64,000 bases of DNA from Mobula hypostoma (taxonomy: Eukaryota): positions 156,242,001-156,306,000 of the forward strand of contig NC_086097.1 in NCBI RefSeq assembly GCF_963921235.1. Reading direction: 5' to 3'. Positions 48,787 to 62,534 of the stretch are shown here, in pieces. The position numbers and the translations under genes were made by a program. Within the stretch, counting starts at the first letter, position 1. Each line of letters opens with the position of its first letter. Under the pieces are notes generated by a model. That model saw only the letters and a list, made by a program, of their open reading frames with translations. It was not told the origin of the DNA and ran no database searches.

Positions 48787-49453
48787 TGTAAGTACTGCCC
48801 GTACACAGTTATCAGTAATCAAGAAAGGACAGATTGTACATCAATATAAAATTATAAAGAAAGTATATTTACCAATGTTCAACTTCAACAAACAGTTAAA
48901 GAAAAAAACAAAAAAGAAAAATAAGAGGACCCATTACAGTTAAACTAGTCCAATGTGCACATGACCATTGGAGCTCATATTGGAGTATTTGGGGGTGTAT
49001 CTCTTTACTCATGCGCTGGACCCACAGTCTGTGTGAAAACACCCAGCATATTCTGAACTCCCTTTGAAGACCATCTTGAATGAACTGCCTCTCTCAGAAG
49101 TATTGGCCCTTTCTCCTTGGAGCCATTCATCTGCACAAAACACTTTTTGCAATGGAGACTCTCCATCCAATGGCGTTCTGTGGCATTTTCCATTGTCCCC
49201 TGCTGTGCTGCTCCTGCCAAAGACACCAAACCAGACTAACTGTCCTTCAGAAAACTCTTCCCCACAGCTCTCTAGAACCTTCTCTCACATCCCACAAACC
49301 TGATTGGCTGACATACATTCCTAAGTTGGACAACATGGCTCCTTAACTTAGTCAAAGCCAAAACATACTTTCCACACTACTTTTGCAAAAAAAAAACTGC
49401 TAATATAAGCTACCTCAAAGCATGGCAGTAGAAATCTTAACTAGGGCATTAGA
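48787..49453 (-). mobile_element. Possible solo LTR
   Basis: TGTAAG... / ...GGGCATTAGA (decayed TG..CA-like ends), non-coding, LTR-sized; no TSD found. Confidence 0.3.
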
Positions 49454-49789
49454 TAATTAATTACAGCTCGCTTGAATGGTAAATTCTAAGGAAGAATTTG
49501 GAAAACATATCCCATTAATGGCCTACTGCGTTCACCAGCAACTTTTATGTGTGTTGCTTGTCTCAATTAATCTACATGGTTATCCAATCAGGTATTTTTT
49601 TAGAAAATTACTGGACCATTTGATTTTAAGTGTAAGAAGTGATTTAACAATCAGGTCATAATTCCTCAAAGCACTTACTGCAGAATAAAGATCACTTGGT
49701 CTATGGATTATGTTTGAAATTAATGCATGATATCTTTGAAATGTGAATGCTCCCAAAGATTCAGATGATAAATGTGCTGTGAAATTTAG

Positions 49790-50490
49790 TTCAAAAATTT
49801 CAAAATTCAAAGGTATATTTATTGTCAAAGTACATAGGTGTCACCATATAAAACCTTGAGATTCATTTTCTCGTGAGCATACTCAGCAAATCCAGTAACC
49901 ATAATCGAATCAATGAAAGACCATACCAACAGGGTGGACAACCAGTGTGCAAAAAGAATAACTGCAATCACAAAAAGGAAGAGAAAAAAAAATAATAAAT
50001 AAGCAATAAATATTGAAAACATGAGATAAAGAGCCCTTGAAAGTGAATCCATAAGTTGTAGGAACATTTCAATGATGTGGCAAGTGAAGTTATCCCCTTT
50101 GGTTCAAGAGCCTGATGGTTAAGAGGTAATAACTCTTCATGAACCTGGTGGTGTGAGTCCTGAGGCTCCTGTTCCTTCCTTCTGATGGCAGCAGTGAGAA
50201 GAGAGCATGTCCTTGGTGTTGGGTTTCCTGATAATCGATGCTGCTTTCCTGCGGCAATGTGTAGATGTGCTCAGTGGTAGGGAGGATCCACTAGTTTTTG
50301 TAGGATTTTCCATTCAAGAGTATTGCTATTTCCATATCAGGCTATGCTGCAGCCGGTCAATATACTCCCCACTACATGCCAGAAGTTTGTCAAAGTTTTA
50401 GATGCCATGCTGAATCTTTACAAACTTCTAAGTAAGTAGTGTGCTTTCTTCGGAATTGTACTATGTGCTGTGCTCAGGACAAGTCCCCTT
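49790..50490 (-). mobile_element. Rex1/Babar-like LINE 3' end
   Basis: Similar to 15620-16290; TTCAAAA-repeat tail; minus strand RKAASIIR.P..PGHALFSLLPS-like. Confidence 0.65.
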
Positions 50491-50887
50491 AAACATGATG
50501 AAATTGTTCATCACATAATCTTCGCCCAGAAATTCTTCTACTCCTTTGCCACTCATTTTTTCTTTAAAGTGCTCTTTGACACTTCTTTAGTCTCTCCTTA
50601 ATCTTATCTTTTTTGTCATGTTAGATTTAGCTTGACTTGCTTCTCTGCATTAAAGCTGCTGTGTGGGAGAACGGTGAAAGGAGAAAAATATAGCCTGTGA
50701 GGAAAAGACAGTTACAAAATTATTTTTGATGGGCCCTGTGTATAATGAAAAATAATGATATGTTCAAGATAATGATATTAATAGACTAGAAATAATAATT
50801 CAGCTGTAACTACAAATGATATTCTTGGATATTCTTACATACTGTTCTGCCTTTTCAGCAGGCTGCAATCATCATGTGAAGGTATTC

Positions 50888-51050
50888 ATACACCAAATGC
50901 TGGAGGAACTCAACAGGCCAAGCAGCATCTCGGCCTGAAATGGTGACTGTAGTCTTTTCCACAGATGCTGCCTGGCCTGCTGAGTTTCTCCAGCATTTTA
51001 TGTGTGTTACTTGGATTGCCAGCATTTACAGATTTTCTCTTATTTGTGAT
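50888..51050. repeat. Older fold-back Penelope 3'-repeat insertion
   Basis: AAATGCTGGAGGAACTCAACAGGCCAAGCAGCATCT pairs with AGATGCTGCCTGGCCTGCTGAGTTTCTCCAGCATTT; half hammerhead in the spacer. Confidence 0.75.
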
Positions 51051-51339
51051 GCAAATACATTAATTGGTCAGGTAGCATGAGGATTAAAAAGAGTTCAGAG
51101 CCTTTCAAGTTTTCAGCAGGCTGTAATCATAATGATATTTAAGACATTCGGCAGAAGCAAATTAATAAAGGTGATGTGTAAGTGGAACGACTATTGTTCA
51201 AGCAGCAATTGTTGGAATGAATAGTGTTAGGCTTTGGCTCGACTGGCTTAGGCAAGAATAGGTGCAAGCTAGAAATTAAGCTTAAAAAGTTAGAGGTATA
51301 ATAGTGTAGGCAACTCCTCCTGTGATATTTAGGATTTCA

Positions 51340-53200
51340 GTGAACTTAATATTCTCCCTGATGACTTCATCTGTAGGAAGTGCACCCAACTTCAGCTCCT
51401 GACTGACATGATCAAGGAACTGGAGCTGGAGGCTGGAAATATCATGAATAGAAACATAGAAACATCGAAAATAGGTGCAGGAGTAGGCCATTCGGCCCTT
51501 CAAGCCTGCACCGCCATTTATTATGATCATGGCTGATCATCCAACTCAGAACCCCGCCCCAGCCTTCCCTCCATACCCCCGATCCCCGTAGCCACAAGGG
51601 CCATATCTAACTCCCTCTTAAATATAGCCAATGAACTGGCCTCAACAGTTTCCTGTGGCAGAGAATTCCACAGATTCACCACTCTCTGTGTGAAGAAGTT
51701 TTTCCTAATCTCGGTCCTAAAAGGCTTCCCCTCTATCCTCAAACTGTGACCCCTCGTTCTGGACTTCCCCAACATCGGGAACAATCTTCCTGCATCTAGC
51801 CTGTCCAATCCCTTTAGGATCTTATACGTTTCAATCAGATCCCCCCTCAATCTTCTAAATTCCAACGAGTACAAGCCCAATTCATCCAGTCTTTCTTCAT
51901 ATGAAAGTCCTGCCATCCCAGGAATCAATCTGGTGAACCTTCTTTGTACTCCCTCTATGGGAAAGATGTCTTTCCTCAGATTAGGGGACCAAAACTGCAC
52001 ACAATACTCCAGTTGTGGTCTCACCAAGGCCTTGTACAACTGCAGTAGTACCTCCCAGCTCCTGTACTCGAATCCTCTCGCTATAAATGCCAGCATACCA
52101 TTCGCCTTTTTCACCGCCTGCTGTACCTGCATGCCCACTTTCAATGACTGGTGTATAATGACACCCAGGTCTCGTTGCACCTCCCATTTTCCTAATCGGC
52201 CACCATTCAGATAATAATCTGTTTTCCTATTTTTGCCACCAAAGTGGATAACTTCACATTTATCCACATTAAATTGCATCTGCCATGAATTTGCCCACTC
52301 ACCCAACCTATCCAAGTCACTCTGCATCCTCTTAGCATCCTCCTCACAGCTAACACTGCCGCCCAGCTTCGTGTCATCCGCAAACTTGGAGATGCTGCAT
52401 TTAATTCCCTCATCCAAGTCATTAATATATATTGTAAACAACTGGGGTCCCAGCACTGAGCCTTGCGGTACCCCACTAGTGAGACTTGAGATGGGTGACC
52501 AGCAGGAGAAGTAAGGGGAGTAAGCAGTTAGTGCAGGGTTCCCCTGTGGACATTCCCCTCAGCAACAAGTATACCCTTTTGGATACTGCTGGGGGTTGAC
52601 CAATCAGGGCCCAGCAGGAGCAGTCACGCCAGTGCCATTGTGGCTGGCTCTGAAACTCCACAGTGAAAGGTAAAGTCAGGTAGTTAAAAGAGACTCGATA
52701 GTCAGAGGGATGAACAGGAGATTCTGTGGCTATGAAAGAGTTGCCAGGATAGTGTGTTAACTCCCAGGTGCCAGGGTCCAGGATGTCTCAGAGAGGCTAC
52801 AGAAGATTCTCAAGGGTGAGGGTGAGCAGTCAGAGGTTGTGGTGTACATTGGCACCAATAACAAAGGGGAAAGAGGTCCTGTACAGTAAGTAGAGAGAGA
52901 TCGGGAAAATGCTGAAGAGTAGGATGTCCAAGTTAGTATCTTCAGGATTACTCCCAATGCCACGTGCTAGTCAGAGCAGGAATAGGTTGATACTATGCTT
53001 GAATGAGGGGTGCAGGGGACAAGATTTTAGTTTTCTGTATTATTAGGATCTCTTCTGGGGAAGGTATGACCTGTATAAAAAGGACTGATTAAACTTGAAC
53101 CTATGGTGGACCAATATCCTTGCAGGCAGATTTGATAGACCTATTGGAGAGGGTTTAGACCAATTTGGGTAGAGAGGGTGGGAACTGGGGTGATAGGGCA
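51340..53200 (+). mobile_element. CR1 ORF1 remnant (zinc finger/leucine zipper and esterase), interrupted by a younger CR1
   Basis: CRKCTQLQLLTDMIKELELE at about 51370-51430; LPGARVQDVSERL, VVVYIGTNN after 52480. Confidence 0.75.
51448..52480 (-). mobile_element. Young 5'-truncated CR1
   Basis: Open 309-aa ORF 51527-52456 (KFADDTKLGG, LEYCVQFWSP, FFTQRVVNLWNSLP); ATAGAAAC-repeat tail. Confidence 0.95.
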
Positions 53201-56055
53201 GTTTTGAGCAGCAGCCACACAGAGATTGGAAGCATGAGAAGTCGTAGCTCACTCGGGTTTGCCGATTGAGTAGAAAAGGCATCAACTCGATACGGTTTGG
53301 TGTTTTGTACAGAGGCCAATCAGCGTTCGGGATTGATTGCCAAGAACAAATTAAAATGAGGCAGAGACAATTGGAATGGCCATTGTTGGAGCAGCCATCA
53401 TTGAAGTGGGGTTTTAGAGGCTTTAGCTCTTCGAGGATTCAGCGAGGAGAGGCTTGGGTGAGAGAAAACGAAAAAAACTGTAGGTAGATGTTTTTCCCCA
53501 CAGTTTTTTTTACATTGTTTCTCCTTTCTTATAATTGCTCAGTTAGAACAGTAGGGATGCCAGGCAGGATGTGGGAAAGTAGGGAGACCTCCACTGTCCC
53601 TGATGACTACACCTGCGAGAAATGTATCCAGCTGCAGCTTCTATCACTTCATATTAAGGAGCTGGAGCTAGAGCTGGATGAACTCTGGATCATTCAGGAG
53701 GCTGAATGGGTGATGGACAAAACATAATGAGAGGTAGTTACACCTAAGGTGCAGGTGGCAGTCAGGAAGAGGAAAGGAGTTAAGCAACCATTACAGAGTA
53801 CCCATGAGGTCATCCCCCTCAACAACAAGTATAATTTAGGATCTATCAGAGGAAAGTCACAGTGATCAGGCATCTGGCACTGGGTCTGGCACTGTGACTC
53901 AGAAGGGAAGGAAAGGGGAGAGAAGAGGTGAACTAGGGAATCTTTTGCATCATTGGTTACAGGAGGGGCAAGAATAGCAAATCAATATTCCAGGGTTCCA
54001 TTGTTTTAGACGTAACAGAGTAGGAGGGATTAAAGGAGGAGAGATAATCTTACAAGTCAGGGAAAATGTCACTGCAGTGCTTGGTCAGGACTGACTGGAG
54101 AACTTGTCAACTGAGATGTTTTGGGTGGAACTGAGGAATAAAAAAAGTATGACCATGTTAATGGAACTATATTACAGACCACCTTTCAGTCCAAGGGATT
54201 TAGAACAACTTTATAGAGAGATCGCAGCCTGTTTAAAAAACATAAAGTTGTTATGGTATGTAATTTTAACTTCCCATATATTGACTGGGAAAGGACTAGA
54301 TAGAGTAGAGTTTCTCAAATGTGTTCAGGAAAGTTTCCTTAATCAGTACGTAAAAGTCCCAGTGAGAAACTGTGTGATACTTGATCTGCTATTAGGGAAT
54401 GAAGCAGTTCAGGTGATAGAAGTTTGTGTAGGGGAACACTTTGCATCTAGTGATCATAATATCATAGTTTTAAAGTAAATATGCAAGAAGTTAGATCTGG
54501 TCTGTGGATTGAGTTTCTAAATTGCAGAAAGGCCAATTTTGATGGTATCAGAAAGGATCTGGCAAGTTTGGATTGGAACAGGCTGTTTTCTGAAAGGGTG
54601 TACTTGGTACGTGGGAGGCCTTCAAAAGTAAAATTTTGGAAGTATGAAGCCTGTCAGAATAAAAGAAAAAGATAACAGTTTTAGGGAACGTTAGTCTTCA
54701 AGAGATATTGAGGCCCTGGTTAAGAAAAGAAAGGAGATGCATAACAGGTGTAGGCAGATATGAACAAATGAGGTTCTTATGGAGTGTAAGAAATGCAAGA
54801 AAACACTTAAGAAAGAAATCAGATGGGCTAAAAGAGGGCAAGAGGTTGCCTGAGCAAACAAGGTGAAGGAGAATCGTACGGGATTCTACCGATATGTTAA
54901 GAGCAAAAGGATTACAAGGAACAAAACTGGTCCTCCTGAAGATCAGAATGGTAATCCATGTGTGGAGCCCAAAGAAATGGGGGAGATCTTAAATGATGTT
55001 TTTGCATCTGCATTTACTCAGGAGATAGAGACAGCGTCTGTAGAAGAGAGGCTAAGCAGCCTCAACTTCTTAGTCCCTGTACAAACAACAGAGGAGGAAT
55101 TTGCTATTTTGTGACAAATTAAGGTCCAAAATCCCCAGGGCCTGACAAGGTGTTCCCTTGGACCTTGTAGGAGGCAAGTGAAGAAATTGCACGGGCCTTA
55201 GCAGAGATATTTACGTCATCCTTTGTGACAGATGAAGTACCGGAGAATTGGAGAAAAGCTAAAGTTGTTCTGCTATTTAGAAATACTCTTGAAATAACCC
55301 AGGAAGATATAGGTTGGTGAGCCTGACATCAGTAGTGGGAAAGTTATTGGAAGGTATTCTAAGAGACTGGATATATAAGTTTTTGGATTGACATCGACTG
55401 CCTAGGAATAGTCAGCATGGCTTCGTGCCTGCTAAGTCATGTCTAATTAATCTTATAAAGTTTTACGAGGAAGTTACCAGGAAAGTGGATGAAGGCAAGG
55501 CAGTAAATGGTGTCTACATGGACTTTAGCAAGGCATTTGACAAGATCCCGCATGAGAGGTTGGTCAAGATAGTTCAGTCACTCGGCATTCAAGATGAGGT
55601 AGTAAATTGGATTATGCATTGGCCTTGTGGGGCAAACTAGAGAGTGATGGGAAAATGTTTCCCCCTCAGACTGGAGGCCTGTGACTAGTGGAGAGCAGCA
55701 AAGATCAATGTTGGGTCCGACATCATTTGTCATCTGTATGAATGATCTGGATGATAATGTGGTTAACTGGATCAGCAATTTTGCAGATGACACCAAGATT
55801 AGATGTGTAGTGGACAGCAAGGAAGACTATCACAGCTCGCAGCAGGGTCTGGACCAGCTGGAAAAATGGACTGATAAATGGTAATATCACACACAAAATG
55901 CTGGAGGAACTCAGTAGTCCAGGCAGCATCTATGGAAAAGAGTACAGTCGATGTTTCAGGCTGAGACCAATTAGCAGGAAAAATAGCAGATGGAATTTAA
56001 TGCGGACAAAAATGAGGTGTTGCACTTCTGCAGGGCCAGCCAGGGTAGTAGGTCT
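53200..56055 (+). mobile_element. CR1 with 5' UTR, ORF1 N-terminus, internal deletion and decayed ORF2
   Basis: VPDDYTCEKCIQLQLL...[47 protein letters not shown]. Confidence 0.85.
55888..55968 (-). repeat. Penelope 3'-repeat fragment inserted in CR1 RT
   Basis: CACACACAAAATGCTGGAGGAACTCAG...CAGTCGATGTTTCAGGCTGAGACC interrupts the LEKW..KWQMEFN coding segment. Confidence 0.8.
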
Positions 56056-56059
56056 TAGC

Positions 56060-56990
56060 TTGTGGAGGACACGAAGATAGGAGAAGGGGCAGGTAGTGTT
56101 GAGAAAGTAGGGATTCTACAGATGGAAATAGACAGATTAGGAGAATGGGCAAAGAAGCGGCTGATGGAATATAATGTAGGGAACAGACTGGTCATGTACG
56201 TTGGTAGAAGGAATAAAGATGTAGACTATTTTCTAGACAGAAAGAAAATTCAATAATCAGAGGTGCAACGGGACTTGGAAGTCATTGTGAAGGATTCTCT
56301 AATGGATATGTTGCAGGTTGAGTCAGTGGTAAGGAAAGTAAATGCAATGTTAACATTAATTTCAAGACAACTGGAATATAAAAACAAGGAAGCAATGCTG
56401 AGGCTTTATAAGGCATTGGTCAGACTGCATTTGGAGTATTGTGAGCAGTTTTGAGCTCCTTTAAGAAAAAAAATATGTTGGTATTGGAGAGGGTCCAGAG
56501 GAGGTTCATGAGATTGAATCCAGGATGAAAGGGTTAATATATAAGGAGCATTTGATGGCTCTGGGCTGGTCCTCACTAGAGTTTAGAAGAACGAGGGGGA
56601 TGGATCTCATTGAAACATATTGAGTATTGAAAATCCAAGACAGAGTAGATATAGAATGGATTGACCTATAATGGGGGACTCTAGTTCCAGAGGGCACAGT
56701 CTCAGAATGGGATGATGTCCATTTAGAACAGAGATGAGAAGGAATTTCTTTTGCCAGAGAGTGGTGAATCTGTGGAATTTATTGCCATGGATGGCTGTGG
56801 AGGCCAAGTCATCAATAATATTTAAAGTGAAGGTTAATAATTTTGCAATTAGTCAGGGCATCAAAGGTTATCAGGAGAAGGCAAAAGAATGGGGTTGAGA
56901 GGTATAATGAATCAGCCATGATTGAGTAGAGGAGCAGACACGATGGGCTGAATGGCCTAATTCTGCTCCTATGCCTTATCATCTTATGAA
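56060..56990 (+). mobile_element. CR1 3' fragment of a different subfamily
   Basis: Restarts at DTKIG..., IDRLGEWAKK, LHLEYCEQF; tail TTCTGCTCCTATGCCTTATCATCTTATG. Confidence 0.88.
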
Positions 56991-58814
56991 ACTGATATGT
57001 TATTTTTTTCAATGTGCTTGTTTCAATGTTTACTGAAGCCATTCAGATTTCAACATCATAATGCAGATAACTTTAATTCAGCAGTGTGCAGTAACGCCAG
57101 ATATAGTCATTCAGGCCTATTGGGATACTTGAAAGATTAAGCTCAAAAAAGGTAAGACTGGAAAGGTCTTATCATATTGGGCATAGTTGTGAGACAGCTG
57201 CAGTCAGAATGCTTTTGAAAATGTCAGCAATGTGGATTTAGGGTACTCATGAAAATAATAAATGGATCTAGACTTGATATAAGCAACTCTGATGGATACT
57301 GCTGGATCAGAAGAGGGTTATTAATCATATACTCTGGCTTCGCCTGAAGGAAGAAATCTGTATTTCATATTATAGAATTCAAAGTGCTCTTGGATAGCAA
57401 TACCTACTGCAGTACTCTGCAGGATGAGCCCACAGTAGGTTTATTCCCATTGTGAATCAGTGATTGAGGATCAGCCAATAGTGTTACTCTGATAAATTCC
57501 TCTTACTTGACCTTTTGCTTGTCAGATGGTGATTTTGCACTTTTCATCAAGGACTCTTGCAATCAGGAAAGAATATTTTATCAGCCTTAGTGTTGCATGT
57601 ATAATCTCTTGTTTCCAATAATTGTCTGCAGGACAGTGATTAATGCTGTGCCTAAATATTTAATACACGAATATCGGATTGTCTGTTTTCTTAAAATGCA
57701 AAACACCTTTGTTTAACAGAAGGCTTTAGGCAAAATACTGCACAGAGAATCATGTATATGACAACCACTTAAAGGATGAATGCCAGATCCTGATGCCTAT
57801 GATTTATATAATCAAAAGCATACCCAGATTCCTGACCATGGTTTTATATGCCGTTCTCTCTTTTACATTTGAACATAAGAACTATTCCTAACAGGCCTAT
57901 TAATCTCCACTTTAGATGAAGAGAAAGAAAATAAAACAGTATAGCCACTCTATATTTCTATAATACTGCCAGTATCTATTTTATTCTGGCAACATGCTAT
58001 CCTGGTTGATGATTGTACCAAGGTGGGGAATGGAGTTTGATTGCATTGTGAACTGTAACCAGGTAACTGTGCGCAGAATACAAAATGTTGGAAACACTCA
58101 GCAAGCCAGCAGTGAAAACAGAAACAGAATTAGTTTCATGCCTGAGACTCTTTGTCAGCGTACTATTTTCTAATGGGTACATTGATAGTAGACTGTCTAA
58201 AATTTATAGTGTGACTTGAATACAGAAAACACTCCAAGGGTCTTTGGAGATGTAGAAAAATTATAACATGGTAGACAACTAGACATGGTGAAAGGGGAAG
58301 GAAAGGAAGACAATTGCTCAGTTGTTTGTATGTTGACTTTAAAAGGTGTAGTTAGAAGCAAACTGGTGGAGGTAGTTTAAAGAGGGAATTTTATAGTGTA
58401 ACCAAAGCCTCAAGTGTTTTTATTCATTTAGCATTGAATTGAACTCTATTTCTTAGAAGCAGAGTACAAAGCCAAGATGAATTATCAGACCTTGACAAAA
58501 TGAAGTTAAATATAACCAAGTTATTCACTTTTTATATAAAAAGCATAGATTACAGGATTAATAAAGAAGTCATGGAATATTTGAAGAGAATAAGAGTGTA
58601 CCCAAAATTTGAATTGTTTACTCTCATTTTTACTGCAGATTCCATGGATTAAGTTAAATGAAAAAAAAACCAGTAAGAAATATCTGCATCAGTATATTTT
58701 TATTCTATTCTATTCCATTTATTGTTTATCTTAATATATCTGATTCATTAGGTTTCAAACGATTATAGACCTACAGCATTTTCTAAGTAAAAATGGGCAA
58801 TGGACAATTTCTAA

Positions 58815-60140
58815 GTCCCTTCTCTCAATTCCTCTGTCTTTGCTGCATCTGTTGTCAGGATGAGGCTTTTCATTCCAAAACTAAGGAGAAGTTTTCCTTT
58901 TTCAAAGAAAGGGTCTTTCCTTCCTCCATCATCAACGCTGCCCTCACAACATCTCTTCCATTTTGTGCATGTCTGTCCTCATCCCATTCTCCTGCCACCA
59001 CACCACAGATAGGGTTCCTCTTGTCTTCACCTACCACCCCACCAAACTTTGCGTCCAGCACATAATTCTCCGTAACTTCCACCATCTCCATTGGAATCCC
59101 GCCACCAAGCACATCTCCGCACCCCCCCGCCCCCACTGTTGGCTTTCTGCAAGGATTAGTCCCTACGCGACTCCCTTGTACATTCATCTCTCCCACTGAC
59201 CTACATTCTGACACTTATCCTCGTGTGCGGAACAAGTGCTAAACCTGCCCCTACACCTCCTCGCTCACTATCATTCAGGGCCCCAAACAGTCCTTCCAGG
59301 TGAGGCGGCACTTCACCTGTGAGTCTGTTGGGGTCTCCTACTGTATCCAGTGTTCCCAGTACAATTTCCTGTATATTGGTGAGACCCGACGTAGTTTGGG
59401 AGAGCACTTTGCAGAGCACCTACACTTCATCTATCAGAAAAAAGCAGGATCTCCCATCGGTCTCTAATTTTAATTTCACTTCCCATTCCCATTCCGACAT
59501 GTCAGTCCCTGGCCTCCTCTACTGTCACAATGAGGCCATGCTCAGTTTGGAAGAGCAACACCTTATATTCCATCTGGGTAGCCTCCAACCTGATAGAATG
59601 AACATTGATTTCACGAACTTCTGTTAAGGCTCCCCCCCCCCCCACTCTCCTTCACCATTCCTCATCACCTTTTCCCTCTCTCACCTTATCTTCTTGCCTG
59701 CCCATCACCTCCCTCTGTTGCTCCTCCCCCCTTTTCTTTCTTCTGTGGCCTTCTGTCTTCTCCAGCCAGATTCCCCCCCTTCTCTAGCCCTGCATTTCTT
59801 TCACAAATGAACTTCCCAGTTCTTTACTTCACCCCTCCACCCTCCCAGTTTAACCTGTCACCTACAGGAGAAAATCTGCAGATGCTGGAAATCCAAGCAA
59901 CACACACAAAATGCCGGAGGAGCTCGTTAGGCCAGGCAGCATCTATGGAAAAAATTACAGTCGATGTCTCGGGCCAAGGGGCTGTGGTTCTTCCTCACCT
60001 CCACCAGCTTTCTTAATCTGACTCCTCATCTTCTCTTCTCCAGTCATGATGAAGGGCCTTGTCCCGAAACATCAACTATACTTTTTTTCCATAGATGCTG
60101 CCTGGCCGGCTGTGTTCCTCCAGCATTTTTTGTGTGTGGT
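58815..60140 (+). mobile_element. Penelope-like element 3' part with an inverted 3'-repeat copy (59866-59978) inside its UTR
   Basis: PFSQFLCL..ICCQDEAFHS, LYIGETRR, LEEQHLIFHLGSLQPDRMNIDF; decayed hammerhead at 60042-60077. Confidence 0.9.
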
Positions 60141-60424
60141 ATTGTCTAAGTATTTGTGTTACACGTTGATCTAACAATTTAGGAACAAGAGTTTCCATGG
60201 TTGATCTTCAGCAAATATGTTTGTAGTTACTGTTCAAATACATCATTCAATTGCTCCTGGTCCCTATCAATACCAGTAAAACACAACATTGAGCAAAAAA
60301 ATCTTCCTCCATGGTATAATGAATTCTGCTGAATTTTGGTAGGTGAACTGAACTTCATTGCCTAATATTACAGTTTTGTTAAAGTTACTTCCCTTCAACC
60401 TGCATAAACTGAATTACTACATCA

Positions 60425-61300
60425 ATATTTATTTATTTATTTACAAAACTACACAAGTTTATTCACACAAAATTGAAAATATCAAGTATTTACAAGATAA
60501 TGAACAAATTAAAATAAAATAATTAAATTGTCAATTCCCTGGGGGCCCACTGTTCCCTGAAATCCTCCACTGTATCCCTGGTGACTACATGTTCCCTCTC
60601 TGAAGACACATGAGCACGAATGCATCCGCGGAAGAAGGACAGGCAGACAGCCCAGGCAGATGCTTGTCTGTGTGCCGCCAGGACCTGTGAATAGGCAGCT
60701 TGGCTAGGCCCAGGAGCAAGTCCACCAGAAGACCCTCCGAGCGATCTGCACTGTCATCCCCCCTCTGTACTGGGTGCCTATATATCAGGGGCGTGGGGCT
60801 AGACAGCAACCAAAACATGAGGAGCAGCCTCTTCAGCTATTCAAATAAGGGTGGCAACTGCTCGCATTCCATGTAAACATGGTACACTGACACCTCCTGG
60901 CCACAGAATGGACAGGTGGGTGGGGTGTCAGTGAATTGACTTAAAAACCTGTTGCATGGTGCTGACCTATGCAATACATTCCACTCTATGTCTGCAATAA
61001 AGAGCTTTCCACTGGAGACCTCCTGCACTGCCAGATAGTAAAGCAGACTGCCACGGTGAGTCTGGTGTGCAGACGAATGCAAGGAAATGCTACGTGTGCA
61101 GGAGAAGCCCTTATAAGAACCGTTCCGGTGCATCACAAAAAAACATAGTGGGCAATGCAGCAAGATGGCTGACGTCATGTGGAACTCTCCCCTGAGAGGA
61201 ATCTCACCCTTGGGTCTGGTGAGACATTCCAGCTGTCCAGATGTTAGCAACTGGGACCCCTCCGCACTCCCGAGCCTCCCTGATACCCACCAATTACCTC
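60425..61300 (-). mobile_element. Tx1/L1-clade LINE 3' end
   Basis: CPFCGQEVSVYHVYMECEQL (CCHC knuckle), LLLGLAKLPI; (TTTA)n tail at about 60427-60443. Confidence 0.8.
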
Positions 61301-62104
61301 AATATTCCAGCATTATGACCACTTTGCTTTAGAATGGCCTCTGCATTTTGTTCTAATTGTAATTTTGTATAATTTATGTTTTTTTCTTAAGAATGTTTTA
61401 TCTTACAATGCTGTTGCAAGTTCTTTTATTGCACCTGTGTACTTGCGCACAGACAATAAACTCAACTTTGACTTTGAATGAACCCAATTCTTAAAGATTA
61501 ACTGCTCTGTTGATGGAAGAATGCTAGAATTTGACAGTAACTCATGACCCACCTGCAAAGCAAAAGTAAACTCAAATAATTTGCTTCAATGTTCCATTGA
61601 ATGAATACAATAATGGTTTGATCAGAATGAAATATTACTTCAATTTATACTGGTAAATTACAGAGTCATATCACTTGTTAAACAGCTATGAAGGTATTTA
61701 CGACAGTTACCATTTAGAAGCTGGGGGAGGAATCTCAGGATTAAATAATCCTTGAATTTACGGTATGTTGATTTTTCTTAAAATGATTGTACAATTTTTT
61801 TTATCTCTGCCATTGAAATCTCATGAATCTCTATTCATATACATACTTAGTAGCCTCCCATCTTCTACACTTCATAAACTTGAGTTTCTTTAAAACTCTA
61901 CTGGCATCTACTAACTCATATTAAGATCATTATCCATCCCTGCTTTCTACATTGAGCTCCACTTGCATTTTATCTAGTAATTTATTATTAAAAATATTTA
62001 TTCTAAGATTCAACTTTGCAGCCCTCCAAATCTCTTTGCTTGTCCTTCCCTCACTTCTTTTGGGATATCCAAAGTTGTTGTTTCTTATGACCCTCAGGCA
62101 ATAA

Positions 62105-62420
62105 GGGCATGGTGGTGCTAAAGTTAGTGCTCCTGCCTCACATTTCCAGCTACCTGAGTACACACTCTTTTTGTGAATGTATTGGATGGTCCAGGTTTCA
62201 CCCACATCTCAAAGATATGCTGGTAAGTCAATAGGCCACAAAATATTATGGTTTAGTAATAGGCTAACGGCAAAAAAAGATCACAGGCATGTAATTGAAT
62301 GAGAAAAAATAATTTGCAAAGATATAGGGATATATTGTACATATGGTGAGTATGAATGGATCCAATGCAATTGTCTTCTGGGAGCTGATAGGAGCTCAAT
62401 AGGTCAAATGGATGCCTTTT
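62105..62420 (+). mobile_element. V-SINE-like SINE, degenerate
   Basis: tRNA-like head GGCATGGTGG...TTAGTGCTCCTGCCTCACA; GGTTTCACCCACATCTCAAAGATATGCTGGT core. Confidence 0.5.
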
Positions 62421-62534
62421 GTGTGTGTGAGTAAGACTTCCTTCTAACCTATTCAGCTTGTTCTCGCTTGCCTTTTACAGCTGCACTTTAAACCATGCAT
62501 TTAGTCACCCAATTCTTGGCTTAGAACAAAATGT

